Shown in pieces: positions 1-13,900 of a DNA stretch of 64,000 nt. A model generated the notes under the pieces. It made no database searches. It was not told where the DNA came from and saw only the letters and a program-made list of their open reading frames with translations. Location of the stretch: positions 13,764,001-13,828,000 of the forward strand of contig OZ281497.1 of assembly GCA_965637545.1 (NCBI GenBank), read 5' to 3'. The DNA comes from Phallusia mammillata (lineage: Eukaryota). The position numbers and the translations under genes are program-made. How positions within the stretch are numbered: the first letter of the stretch is position 1; each line of letters begins with the position of its first letter.

Positions 1-137
1 GAAATGTATGTTATTCAAACCTTGTACAACGTTGCAATAGTAACGTTTTACACAAAGCTATTGTACAAACTAGAAGTATCTTTTAATAACACTCGGTGTT
101 AGAAAACCACTTCTCATCATTTCCATCTTATTTACAG

Positions 138-3100
138 AGATCCCTGTTAATATGTGTGGTGGTGTAATAATTGGAATGATTATAGCAAGTTCTTCATCGA
201 CGTTTATGCGTCATCAATACATCGAATCTTCTCTTGCCAAACAAATTTCGACTACAATCCAAGTCAACATTTTGTGCGACTACGACTTATTTCGTTTGCA
301 ATTAGATGATTTTATTTTGCTACCAACTGGTCGATCAACGCTGTACCAAGAAAATTCGTTTCTCTTTTCCCCAACGATATCTGTAAAAGCTTCTGAAGAA
401 ATTCTTTTGGAAGTTATAATGTCAGTTTTTCCCAACAACGATTTGTTTACCCAAGACATAACTTGGGTGGCTGCGTTTTCTCTTGACAATGTACTTGGTG
501 ATAAAGACTTTCCTGTTAAGCTCCAAAATACAGCCTTCTTTTTCCAAAATAACTCACAAACTATGTCTGTGTTCTTGAAAACCAAACTCCATCTACCAAC
601 TCCCGATGAAATACTGTTGATATCAGCTGGATATCCATTTGATTGTTGGCGTGGGTTGTATGTATTACTGGGAGTTGTCACCTCTGCAGATGAACTACTG
701 TTGCATAACAACTTTATTTCCATTCCAATCAAGTTGGATTGCGCTGAAATGACAACTTCATTAAATGTCAAAGAATTTGTATCCAACGATGCAAATAATA
801 TGGACAACGTAAAAACATTTGATACTGGTGAAAGTTGTATGGCCTTTCCCATTGATGAATTGCACAACAGTACGATTGATGTTGTAATGCACGTGGAATC
901 AAAACAACCATTTTATGCCGGCAAAAGTCTAGCCATGGATGAATCGTTGTTCAAATTCTACCTTGTGCCCAAAAATAATCCGCAAGACACAACAAATCGA
1001 GTTGCGTTACTCATCGATTCATTGCTCATACAAAATGGCAAGTACAAGTCATATCGTTTACTTTTACGTGTACTTCGCTTATTTTACATTTTTTACAGTT
1101 TCTGCTGCAAAAGGGGATGGTTTTTTCGTGACTTCACACGTAGTCCAAGGCGCCCTGAAGTTCAATACCAACTTGACCACCAGTCAACTGTATTTGGTGG
1201 CAGTAGATGTTGATTCAACTCACGAAGCATTTGTACAAGATTTATATACTTTCTACGCATCAAAACTGGTCCAAGTGGAATCCAATAAAAATACTCCTTT
1301 CAATGTCTTCGACTTAAAGGTGCAGTTGTATATGCCGTTTCAATATAGTAATGAAATAAAGCTACGTTCATTTGGTGTTCACGTTAATGTAATGTTGTGT
1401 AATTGCTGTACAATTTCAAGCATTATCTGCAAAATCATTTTTTTGCAGGTCGTTGGCAAACAGGATCGCTTGTGGTTCAACTTTGCGAGTCCACTTCATC
1501 TTGAGTTTCTCGTATCGTGCCAACTTGCACCCTCGGAATGCGAAACATTGGAAAATTCAAGAAATCGCTTTGGGTATAATATTTTTATTCGTTAATCCAG
1601 CTCAAAGTTAATTCTCAGGAATGTTTGTTACAATGAAAGTATCAGGAGATTGAAATATGTTGTTTAGCTTTTATTCTTCAGGCAGTTTTGCGAGAGTTTG
1701 CTTCGACAGCCCGTGGACGATCTATATCTCATTGTTTAATTTCGGGCGCAAAAATTTTGCGACCTTGATCCCGGTAAAAGCAAACTACAACACATCTGCT
1801 GTCATATAATCACATGCTAATAAACCTTTATCTTGTAACCAATGAATGTCGGGATTATGTTTTCAGCTTCAGAATCTGGGCAAGTGGACTAAACAAGTCC
1901 TGGATAGAACCAGTTTTAATCTTTCATGATACGACTGTTGAGACTTCATATGAAACATTTGTACCAGATGTGGCAGTGATTAAACCACAAGAAAAGTTTC
2001 AATCCACTTTCTCTGTGCCAAACTATACCAACCGATTCTTGATTGAGACGAAAGCATTTTCTAGTAGTCAAAACATACCCTGCATTGCATTGAAGTAAGT
2101 TTTTTATTTGATATGTATAGAGTTTTGAAGAAAATAAACGTTTTGAGCTTTTACGTAAATGTTAATCTATAATCGCAATGCTGTTTTACATAACTATGTG
2201 AGGTTCTGTAGCGGTTGTACATTTTTTACATTTTTTCCATTTTAAGTTTAGGTTGCTCGGCGAACTATAGGTGTTACATCTTAAGAAGTGCGCAACCGCT
2301 GTAGACAGAATGTTTTCGTTTTAGATACATCGGCATCGAACTAATTCCAGCCAAGTCTGGGCATCAAACAGCAATAGCCTGGGCTCCAATGAAATGGCAG
2401 TGTGAGAATCTAAATGAGAAGAATACACCGGCAGTTGATATTTCTGTTGCAACGTTTGATATAACTCGTCTTTATGGACTTCTCTTTGATGGATTTGCAA
2501 GATTTGAGGCTACGTTTCATGTATCTTCCAATGATGACAAACTTATTACAGAGTTAACAGATGATCCCAGGGAATTATACAGCAGGTTTCAGTATTCAAC
2601 TTATGCTTCAATGGATGAGAATTTATCTGCCGACGACACAGAAATTGTAAACAAGGAAAGAAAATCTGCCTTTGAATGGGATTCTTCGATTATCAGGTAT
2701 TAATTTTTCGCCAATCCATATTAACACCAGTATTTGTAGCTTACGTAGAGCTAAGTTATGCAATGACAGAAATGTTTAATTTTTTCGTTGCTATAATTTG
2801 TTATCAGTGATGGAAACCTGCCATACAGCGGAAAGTTGATGGTCAGTGGTGATTTAACTTTGACAAAGTTCGAAGTAGACAGAATCTGTTCTCTCGCATT
2901 GACATCCAGTGTTATCAAGATGTATGTTCTGATTTATGCCGACAGTGGAAACTCCCAAGAGCCAAACATAATAGGTGAGTCCTACTAAGCTGCACCACAG
3001 CGTAGGCTATATAAAAACAATATCTGGTGTTGCAAATGTTTCCCTTTCCTCTCTTGCATTTTTTCGGCTTTTTAAATAATACTGTTAATTTGTTTTTATT

Positions 3101-6100
3101 CAAGGACATTACGATGAGACAGTTGAATGGGTCAACAATGTTCGATCCCTGGAAGTTCCGACAGAATCTTGTGTTGATCGTACATTTGCATTTAACATGA
3201 TTTCCTATGTCTCACTGGCTAAAGGCAATCTTATTTCGTTAGGGGAACCAATGAAGTTGCAATTATCCGTGTTACATGCTTTTTCAACTTTTAAACAAGT
3301 AACAAACACGACTGTTCCTGATGTATTACTATCACTCATCTTACATAAAAACGATACAAAGTCTAATGGAAGCACAAGCTACACAATAACTGAAGATGAA
3401 AACGTTTCAGCATGTTTACTTGTAATTGAAGAAGCAAAAGGCGATGCAGGTTTCTGGGTGGAACAATCATCCAATTTTAGTCACCGTGGCAATGTAGATT
3501 TTTTGTCCTTTTCACTTCCGCGCAGTCAAAATTTATGTGGACACTTGTGGTCTCTTGAAATCAAAGTCGCTTCTTTTTACCTGCCATCTGGACAAAACTT
3601 GACCAAGATTGTTTCGTCAATTGAAATACCTGTAATGATCATTTGCTCACCTGAATTACTGACTATCGCTTCGCTTGACCTTGTGCAATCTCCGGAAAGC
3701 CTTGTTCCCAGTTTCTCACAGTCATTTGCATTTTTTCTCGAACTCCAGTCGAACAATATTAACCAAGTGGGTTATAAACAAATGTACGAAGTTGTGGTAT
3801 TTATACGCTCATGTGATCGATCAGTTTGTAACGATAGTGAACAAACGATTCCCTCTACAGCCCGCATTGCAACATGCATCATAGAAAACGGTAAGATTTT
3901 CTTAAAATGTAAACGTATTTTTAAAAGTTGATCTGCCTGCTTTCTAATTTTCAGATTTGGAAACGGGAGGACTGATCAAATACAAATGTTTTACCGATTT
4001 GCCGATACCAACGGATTTGTGTCATGCACACCACAAACCATGTTTATGGATTAACGTTAATTCTCGTAAGTGGTTTCTGAAGTGTAAAAAAAATTGATAC
4101 GTTACAGAAAAGGGTTATTTTCGGTTTCATGCTTTGCTGATTTAAATGACTTTACTGAAAATGTGCTGCAACTTGATCACAAACAACGCAATATATTTTT
4201 TAGCTCTACACAACAACACAGCATCGCAAAGGATTCGATTGGAACAAACTGTTATTGGCTGTGAAAATACAACATCTCATCTTTATGTTGATTACTCTGT
4301 CCATTACTTAACCAAAGAAAATATTACCGTCCATCCGTTGACCGATACTCTAGTGTCTTTCGTTGTTCAGGCGACACAACATGAAAACCTGATAAATTCC
4401 AGTCAAATTTTGCAACAGTTTAATCAGTTATTTGAGATCAATGTTTGGTTTTCCTTCCAAACTGACGTCCAGTTTCCAGTGTAAGTGTTATACCCATATT
4501 TCGTGCTAAATTCCTGATGAGTTTAAGAACTTTTTTGATCATGGCAGAAAACCGGATTACACCAAGCGTCGTGTACTTTTCACGGAGATTTTTCCAGTTA
4601 TAGCGAGCAGTAATGTCTCAGCTCACTTTGATGTCAGGTTTCCATTCGATCCGAAATTCGGATGGAACGCTTTGTGTTGCGGGAAAAACTACCTTGTCAT
4701 CGAAATTAAGCCCGCTAAGGAAATGATTCACGACTTCTTCCACGACAATAACTTGGCTGTCCGACCAATTTTCATCTACTGCAAAGGTAAAGTCGTGCCT
4801 TTCAGAAATGTCTAACATTTTATTTAATGTAGTTCACGTTTTTCAATTGACCCCAAACAAAATGAAATAGATTTACTATTTACGTTACAGGTGATTTCTT
4901 GCAAGTCGAAAACAGTGTCTTAGTTGTCAACAAACCGAGTCGTTACTTGTATACTGATGCGGTGCAACCATTTCGCTTGAAAACAAACATCAGATTATTG
5001 ACTGACGAAAGCTACATCGAAAATTTGCTGATGTTAAAACGAGAGCTGTTTGTTCATGTGACCGCATATGTATCAGAAAATCCCGCACTTGACCTGCTCA
5101 CTGACCAAGAAGTTTTAGTTTTACAGCAAAATACTACTGCCATTACCACTATTTCGAATAGCAGGTACGACATATGTCTTGAGTTAAGGTACTAAAATCA
5201 TCGCGACTTTTCATGCATTTAAATTATTGCAGTTCAAAGTTGGAGCTTGACCTTTCAATACAAATTCCACACTTGGTCTGCGATCGACACCCTTTTTACC
5301 TTTTATTTTTAATCCGAGGTAAGTTTTAAAAGTTTTTATTTTATACAGTTGTACTATACATCTCCAGGCTAGTTAAAAAACCTGTTGCGTTAAAATATTT
5401 TAACTCGATTGTTTCTAAACATGTTAGTTGTTTATTTTACTTTCCCCGATTTGCTTTTAGGACCGCCAATGTTGATGGAAGCTGAGATGCAATATGGCAA
5501 CAATATCGCAGTATTTCCACTACATAATGGTGACTTGCTTAACTGCGAGGTGAGCAAAATGAACGATATCGGCTTGTCACTGGCAAGTGTGACCATTCAT
5601 CAAGATGTCATTGCACTGCAAAGTATTTGCTCAGCTGAATTAGAGGTTGCTATCGACTCTTTCAGGTAAGTTTTTGTTTATTACGCTACGGCCATTTTTT
5701 TATTGAATGCACAAACTAGTGTTTTCTGCCTGAAATAAGTTAACCCCATTTGTATAACGTTCTCTATATATTATTCTAGTAATTCTTCTCATGATAAAGT
5801 TTTTGTAATATTACATGAAAAATTTAATCTGGTGTTTACTATTTTTCATTTTTTTATGTTTAACAGCACGGAAAACAACCGTGGAATGGCGTTGGGGGGT
5901 ATTTCGATATCTGTGTATGCCAGTGATGTTGCACATTCTAGCCATATCGCGTTTCCTTTATTGTTGACCAGTCTGGAAAAAGTTGCAGATCCACTTGATT
6001 TGATAAAACTTGAAAGTTCTATCATATTAAATATCACTGGGCGAATAAACTTTACAATCCCAACCGACTTAGCGGACAAGGATATACAACTATGTGGTCC

Positions 6101-7938
6101 TTTGCAGTTAGTTGTAATTGTGGATCAAGAAAATATCTTTCCTGATCGTTTTCGAACTGACAATCAAAAATATATCACCGTTACTTTATCATGTCCTGGT
6201 GATCTTACTGCCATTACTGAAACAACAATCTATGAAGAGCATTTTGTACCAGCCTCTCTTTCTGAAGGACACTATGTAGTTTTTCCAAGCCACCTGGTAG
6301 TAAGTACAATTTCCTCTACGTCTGTTAATTTTTGTTTCAAGTTATGGAATACTGCTGGTCGCGACATTGAAGACGGTAGCTTTCTTATCAAGTTTACTGA
6401 CGAAAACTCCTTGGCGGGTAACGACCGACAGATGTTATCAGAACATGACCCTATGACCACAGTAAGTTACCTGAAGAATGGCCACTGGATGGAAGTCACA
6501 ATGAACCTACAGTTGAGAATTGCAGTGGAGTTCTGTCAAAATCAAACAACTATTAGGCAGGGAGAGATTGGCAAAGTGAATTGGAATGGTTTCATCATGA
6601 CAACGTTTAACAATCAAACTGATTTCTTGGCGTACAACAACATGTTTCCATTCACAGCTTACGTGGCTTGTCCTGGATCATTTGATCTTTTGTTTCCCGA
6701 TGTTTTAGGACCTTTAGCTTTGGATATCGTGGAACAGCTGGAAGTTGATAAGGTTATCGACTTTAATGCAAATCTCTCGCTGCGAGTGCAAATGGAAATG
6801 CATCTACCACATGAACCACAATTACCAGACATTCTGTGCGAACCCGTGATAGTTAAACCAACAGCCAACAACACCGTAACGAGCGAAGGTTCTGGATTTG
6901 ATTCTGATTCTGTGCCAACAATCTGCGCACAGGGAGATTTTCGAAATGAAACATACCTTGTGTTTTTGTTAAAACTTAAGTTAGCAAGTGACACAACATT
7001 TACGTTACCGGTTGGGGAACAAATATACCCTGTGGGTGACGTTTTGGAAAATGTTGAGGCAACGAAATCCAATTCAATATCGTTTGTGCAATACCTCACA
7101 CTTCAATTGAGGCAGGATTTAGTTTTCCCACTGTGCATTGCTGAAACAAATTCCGTCGACATCCAAGTAAGTTTTATTTTAAGAGCGCTGTTGTCCCCAA
7201 TATATTAGTACGGTTTTCAAACTTGTGGAACATATGATTAAAACCACAGAATTGCAACAAACGTCGAAATTGTTTTGTTTTTAAAAAATGTGTTTTGGGT
7301 ATCAAGTCAACCATATTTTGTTGTGTAGCTCGAAGTATACTTAGTTCGCGAAAGCAACAATGAACTTCATACTGTCAAAGAACAATCGTACATGAACAAC
7401 GCGCTTGTCATGCACGAAATACCATTTGTGAATTGCCCGACCGGGACACGGTAAAATTCACTTGTCTATTATTTTCATTAAAGTTTCTTAACTGTTTTTT
7501 TGAATGTTTCAGAATTTACATCAAGGAATTCGATTTACTTAGTCAAAGCAAAGTTCTCACCTTAAACGCAGTCATTCCGTATTACCTCGGTTTGACCGCA
7601 TTCACAACTGAGCAGTATATTGATGAACCACAGATTCGTCTGAAGTCGCACATATGCACAACAACCTTTGGCAACTTTGATTTTAACTCAATTATCAGTA
7701 CTGCAACATACCTCGCAGAACTGGAAAAATCAGGATGTTTTGAATATAATATGTTCACTGACGAACAGACTAAATTACTTGGCCAACCTATTTATGACGG
7801 CACTCTAAATTTAAACATCAGTGATTCTATGCATGCTTTAAAACTGGATATTAACAGTCACACATATTCGTTATGTTGGAAGGTTATTACTGTATATGTT
7901 TTGGCGTACACAGAGCGGGCTTCATCATCCCAAACAGT
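138..7938 (+). other. Gene 1 N-terminal region: tandem beta-rich modules, tentatively CARDB/Ig-like
   Basis: Recurring motif CG-x-L-V-[IV]...D-x4-N-[NQ]...C-x-G-D-[LF], e.g. [13 protein letters not shown]...[22 protein letters not shown] (4672-4900) and [13 protein letters not shown]...[21 protein letters not shown] (6088-6208). The family assignment is inference. Confidence 0.5.
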
Positions 7939-10900
7939 AAGTTCCATGAAATAGCATGTTTTAACATATACTTGTTTACCATTCATTAAAGTTCAATGCT
8001 GCTTTCTGGGATCGAAATATTATAGAGAAAACACTTTAGTTGGTGTTTTGACTTTTTTCCCATGAAGTCCACCATATATGACCCAGATATAACACGTTGG
8101 AAAAAACGTAATGAAATTAATTTTTACAAACAGGACGGCAGTTACGTCATCGACGTCAGACGTAATGTGGCTAGTGATGACGTGTACTTTGATTGCGGTT
8201 CACGAGTGATTGATGAATGCTCACGTGAAATTGACCGATGTAAATTTCCTTCCACATGTCGTGATCTGTATCACGGATATGAATGTGTTTGTGATGTCGG
8301 TGAACTGGCTGATCAAAACGGCCACTGTGTTCCATTGGAGAGCTGTTCTTCGATGGTCAACGGTTTGGACATCTTTTTCTTTTTTAAAAAAGTGTTTAAA
8401 AATAAATAATGTTTTACTGCGATAATTCAAATGACATTTGCAAACTGGATGTTCATGCATTAAACACCCCAAAAGTTTTTCTAATTTTAAAACTTGAATG
8501 GTTTTCTGCTCTTGGAACAATGGTCTTGTCTATGATCGTTATGTTATTTTTTGTGTTTATGTTAACAACTAAAACTGTACTGTACTTTTTTATTCAGAAT
8601 ACGGGTGAAAGTTTAATTAAATATTATAAATGTAAACTAAAAACAAAATTGCCGGCGATGCAGAATGAAACGTAGACATTTTATTACGAAAAGGTGTATA
8701 TAAACGCGCTTGTTTCCGCTTGTGCATTATTCATTCACTGATGATGACAATTGTTTTTGTCGACACGTTTGCTTAATAAAATGTCTACGTTTTATTCTCC
8801 TTAGCTGGCAATTCGTTTTAGTAAATCTACTTTTCAAGTCCGTATCTTATGTACTTAACTCTTATGTTATTTCAGGTACAATGGATGGTATGCAATTTAA
8901 ATGTGAAATTACCTGTCACAACGGTTCGGTATACGACAAGGGTTTGTGTAAGGTTGAAGACCAATGTTTGGCCCGATGTCATGGTTTCGCGACGTGCAAA
9001 GCCGTGGACGGTAAGAAGGAATAATTCGTCTTTTAAAAAATATTCAGTTTTTGAACTTTAGAGTTACTTCCTATTTTACAGGACTAGGAATTTGTCAATG
9101 TAATGATGGTTATGTAGGAGATGGTTTTACGTGTGTGGATGCGAAAAACTGCACAGAACAGTCTTGCGGCAGGGAAATCTGCGAGGAACTTTCACCTGGG
9201 TATCGGTATGTGAAAACAACAGTCAGGTTATTTATGGTAGTATTTAAAATCAATATGTTAACCTTGGTAGTCTTTACTTACATGTTACCTATAATTGGCA
9301 CAAAAATATTTGTTATTCATGTGTAGATGCATTTGCAATGGAACTTGTTCTTTCAACTTGGCGTCTTGGGGTTCGTGGAGCAACTTTACTGAATGTTCAT
9401 CTGTATGTGGGGTTGGCACACATTTGAGATCACGTGTTTGCCTGAACGAAGCCGAGGAGATATTAAATATTACAAACTGCAAAGGTATATATTTTCGGTA
9501 ATTTTACAAACATTTGAAGAAAAAATCTTACAATGACATGTATTGCTACTTTTTTTGTGAATTGATTCTAACAGAGGTTTGACAAACATTTGACTTTTAG
9601 GTTTTTACAATTACTATTGGTCATCGAAAATTGGAAGGTCTGTATTTCATCTATTTTATTTTACTTTTAAACATTTTGTTGATTTCTTGTTTAGCTTAGC
9701 GTCATGATGTACCCAACATTGATGTGTCATTTGTACATCCACAACAATTGCGGTTTAAATCACCAGCATTATGAATTACCCTTGTTTTCATGCTTGTCTT
9801 GTATGTAACTAACTTTTCAGGTCGTTCTGTGGAAACAAGTTACTGTATTAACGAGGCTTGCCCAAATACAAACACCGACCTGTGTGCGAAGGAGGCCGAC
9901 CGATGCGACCAGCTGAGTGGAAGAGGAATGTGTCACAGAGTAGCTTTGGATGAGTACAGGTATACACTTTAAGTTGTCAGTTTGTCAGATTCAATCTACT
10001 TTAAGCTGTTGCTCAAATTACGTGCTGTGTAACAGATGTGAATGCAAGCCTGGACATCACGCTATGCTGTATCCCAATGGAAATTTTAAACGATGTAGAA
10101 CCGACGTCACTGAACAGAACTTGACGGACCGCACGTAATGAAGACGCGATTTTTTACCGCCTTTCACGTTTATTGTTACACCATGTTCTTTTGCAGATCT
10201 AGCTCAAAACCTGATCCACCGTTATCAAACTCAATGTGGATCCAACCAACTTCAAGTGCTATCTGCACGAACAGTTCGTCTTTCAACGAAACCCAGTTTA
10301 TGGAGATAAAACTTCCCTATATTATCCCACTTGCATCAGATGTAATGGCGTCCAACATTCTCACCTACAGTAAATATTTGTACGTTGCCCCCAATGGAAT
10401 TGCCGCGTTGTCAGGCAAGCCGTTGCCACTAAAAGCAGCACAGACACTGCAAAATCCTGGACACGTTTTGTTTTTCCCGTTTTTAAACGCATTTGACTCT
10501 GTCATGGCACCACTCTGGATGCGGGCAAAGTTAAAGAACGAATCAAGTTTATGCGTAGATACTTATAACCGTTTCGAACCAGGGAGTTCTACCTTGCAAA
10601 ACTTGCTAATGGCTGACAGCTTTATAAACGAAAAAACACCTTCGTCATTTAAAAGTTTACTGCTGGTCGTTGCGACATGGACCAAGCTGAAAACAAAGTG
10701 GGAATTTCCCACTGGTTTACATAGTGCCAATGTGGATGACAACTTAAACTTCCAGCTGATCTTGGCAACTGACTATGAATCCACGTTTATGATTTACTCC
10801 TACGGAAAGCTTAAAGTGTTGTCGAAGCCCTCGGATGCCGAAAGCACTTTTGCGCTCGGCCCGGCTGTTTTCAAAGGCTACATACGACAGATGAACACAA

Positions 10901-13900
10901 CATATGGAGATGACTCTGTGTAAGACAAGAACCTTTAATCGGCAGATGGATAATTAAAATAATGAATTTCCTAATTTATACGTCTCCAGATTCTCCATTG
11001 CCAACGATCAAGTTATCCACACAATGAGTCCGATCTTTAATATCACGGCGTTACAGAATAGTCATCAGGTGGAAAAGTTAAGTCAAGTTTACGCAAACGG
11101 TAAGTTCTTTGGGAAATTGTAGTGTAAGGTTTTTGGGAAAATTCATCTCAAAAAGTGGACTAAATAACCAAACTTAGGAGCTACATTGACTTAGGCTGAT
11201 GTTGGTAATGATTTGTGTATTTCTTTTCGCAGAGCTGTCCTCCTGTCTAAAATGGAGCACCAATGAAGAGATTAGGCAGAATCTAACAATACGCGAAACA
11301 TGTTCTTCTACTGAAGCTGAAGTGACCCTTGACCCGCTGCTATGGGTAAAGTTAACCTGTTTACTTATTTAATTGTGATTGGTTTATTAACATATTTTGA
11401 TTTAGGAAAAAACAATCCATTGGGGAGCAACGGAAGGGTTGAAAAAATACGCAAGTACTTTGTCTCCCTCGTCGGAAAATGTTTTGCTGGTAAGTTTACA
11501 AACTGTAGGGTAGTGGCGAAATTATTGCAGGGCAAACTTTAGCAACTTTAGATGAACACTGGCCAGTTTGTTTTCAAAGAAGTAATGCTCATCCCAGTCC
11601 AAATAACAAAAAGTACAATATTTTTTAATTTCCAACTCCCAATTGCTGGTATATTTATGATGCGTTTATTTTTTAGGCGTGGGCTGAGATTGGCCGAACT
11701 TCTGTAAACTGTTACACCAGAATTCTAACTGACTCAGAAGGTTGGAACGTCGATTGCTGCTACAAGGATGGAAGTTTAGTGGCTGACTTTTATCGTTGGC
11801 ATTTGTCGGGATTTGTTAGGAGGTAAATTTTTTTGCACTAATAAAGTGACACGAATAAGATTGTTTGTGTAATAGGTTTAGTGACAAGACGAGCGAAGCA
11901 TATTTGCAGCAGGATCTAATTCCGATGTTACAATGTTGTGGGCTTGCCCAGGAAACGGGAGGAGATTTTACAAACCGTTGTAAAATGTACACTGACAGAC
12001 GACCAATATCAGGTATGGTCGCCAATATCAGGTAATACCAGGTACTTGACAAGTGAAGTATTTCAGTGTGCGTACATTGTACTTTATAAAGATAAAACGC
12101 TTTTAAGACAAGCAAGCGCAAATTACCTGTCAATGCTCAAACACAAGCATTTAATAATAAAAGTGTCTACAAGCACAAGGAAAAGAGTGTTTCAATTTTT
12201 ACCATAAAAGGGTAGCTAAGCTGTAAAAAGCTACTTTGCTAAAGTTTCATTGATTTTTTTAAGCAGGTTTAGTGCAATGGGCAACAATCGATTATTACAC
12301 GAAGAATCTCGTTACCTGCTCCGCAAGGACAAGTAGAAATAAGATTTTTTAATAGGTTCATTTCATTTTACAGCCACTGATCGCAGTACAATATCAGCCA
12401 CAGCTGTAGGTGGCGGAGATCCTGTGCTTGAGACACTGGATGGCGCATTGGTGCAAATTGACGATCCTGGACACTACGTCCTACTCAGGAGCGATGAAAT
12501 GGATATTTACGCCACTGTCGACTGCACAAGCGTAAAGAGTGAAATAGATGATGATCAACTTGCCAGCGCTTTCACCCGTTTCCAGTTTCAGTTTAGGGGA
12601 ATATCCCACACTGTGGATGTGGAAATCGTAGTTGTGGATTTTAATTTGCTTGACGTTCGATTTTTAAATGGGGATAAAACAAGTTCGGATTTCACTTACT
12701 ATTTAGGTGAGTGATACACAAACATATTTACCCGTAAACAGTCAAACATACAGCGTGTATAACTGCTTTGGTGTTTTAGTTGTGACGAAAATATTTCGAT
12801 TAGATTTTGCAGTAAGCCCTGTACTTTGACAGATAAAGGAAACAGCGACACCGAAATGTATGAGAAGGTGGACTTCGCATTTAAAAACACTGCGATTCTG
12901 AGTTTTCGGGCAGTAGAAAAGTCTCTAGCATTTTCCTTTCGGTTCCCATACACGTACAGAGAAAAATGCAGTGGATTGCTCGGTAAGGAAATCCTTTTTT
13001 ATTTTTTATCGAAACCGCTTCCTACATATGAAACCAAATTTCAACCAGGTAACTTTGATTCTGAACCGGCTAATGACTTTGTCACGTCAAGTGGTCTTCT
13101 GTTGCCAAGCGTTGTGAATGCGGATTCCCCAAATCCTAGACTGGCATCGAACGAGTTGGTGAAACAATTCGAAAATTCATGGAAAATTTCCAGTTTAAAA
13201 TCTTTGCAGAACAGCTCTGATTTGAATTTCTTTGAACCTGAACATCAGCTTACTTTCAAAAAGGTAATTAATCGAGTATTATTATGCTGTTCTTTTATAC
13301 GTTGGTGTTTCAAATGGTATGTATCATTTGTGTGTAGATGCGTTAAGATACAAATGTAAATAGACAATTTCATTTTCAAACTGGCGTGATATTTAAATAT
13401 CGGAGTTCTATGCCGAGAATGGTAAACTAGCGGTTTAATGATTTTTCTGCACTTAAAATTTTGGCATTGACAGCGGTTGCTTGATACTTTTCAGACGTCA
13501 ATTCAACACGAAATACCTTCTGATCAGATGTACGTGTGTAGCAATTATTCAGGACTTGCCAATGGAGTATGTAAGCACACATTGTCAGGTTCTTCGAGTA
13601 TTCATTTTGCAACTTCTTCCGCTCAAACTATTGCTTCATTGGAAGACGAAATTATTTCCAATCCAACTGGACGACCTCATCCCAATATCACGTGCTCCTC
13701 TCAACTCTACATCACTAGAGGGCGCAGTAAAGTAACCTGCCAAATCCAGGTAATTGACGTTAAAATACTGGCTTGTCTGCCTGGTGATAATTTATGGGTT
13801 GGACTGTAATTTGAGTACAAACATAAATTAATGATAAACCATCACTGGTAGAATGCGATACAGTATCAAAATGTCTTTTATTTATACTTGTGTTATCGTA

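Noticed and set aside
4618-4818. Minus-strand ORF that looks protein-like
   Set aside because: Shadow of a plus-strand gene 1 exon (frame ...[12 protein letters not shown]...YCK) that has proper splice sites.
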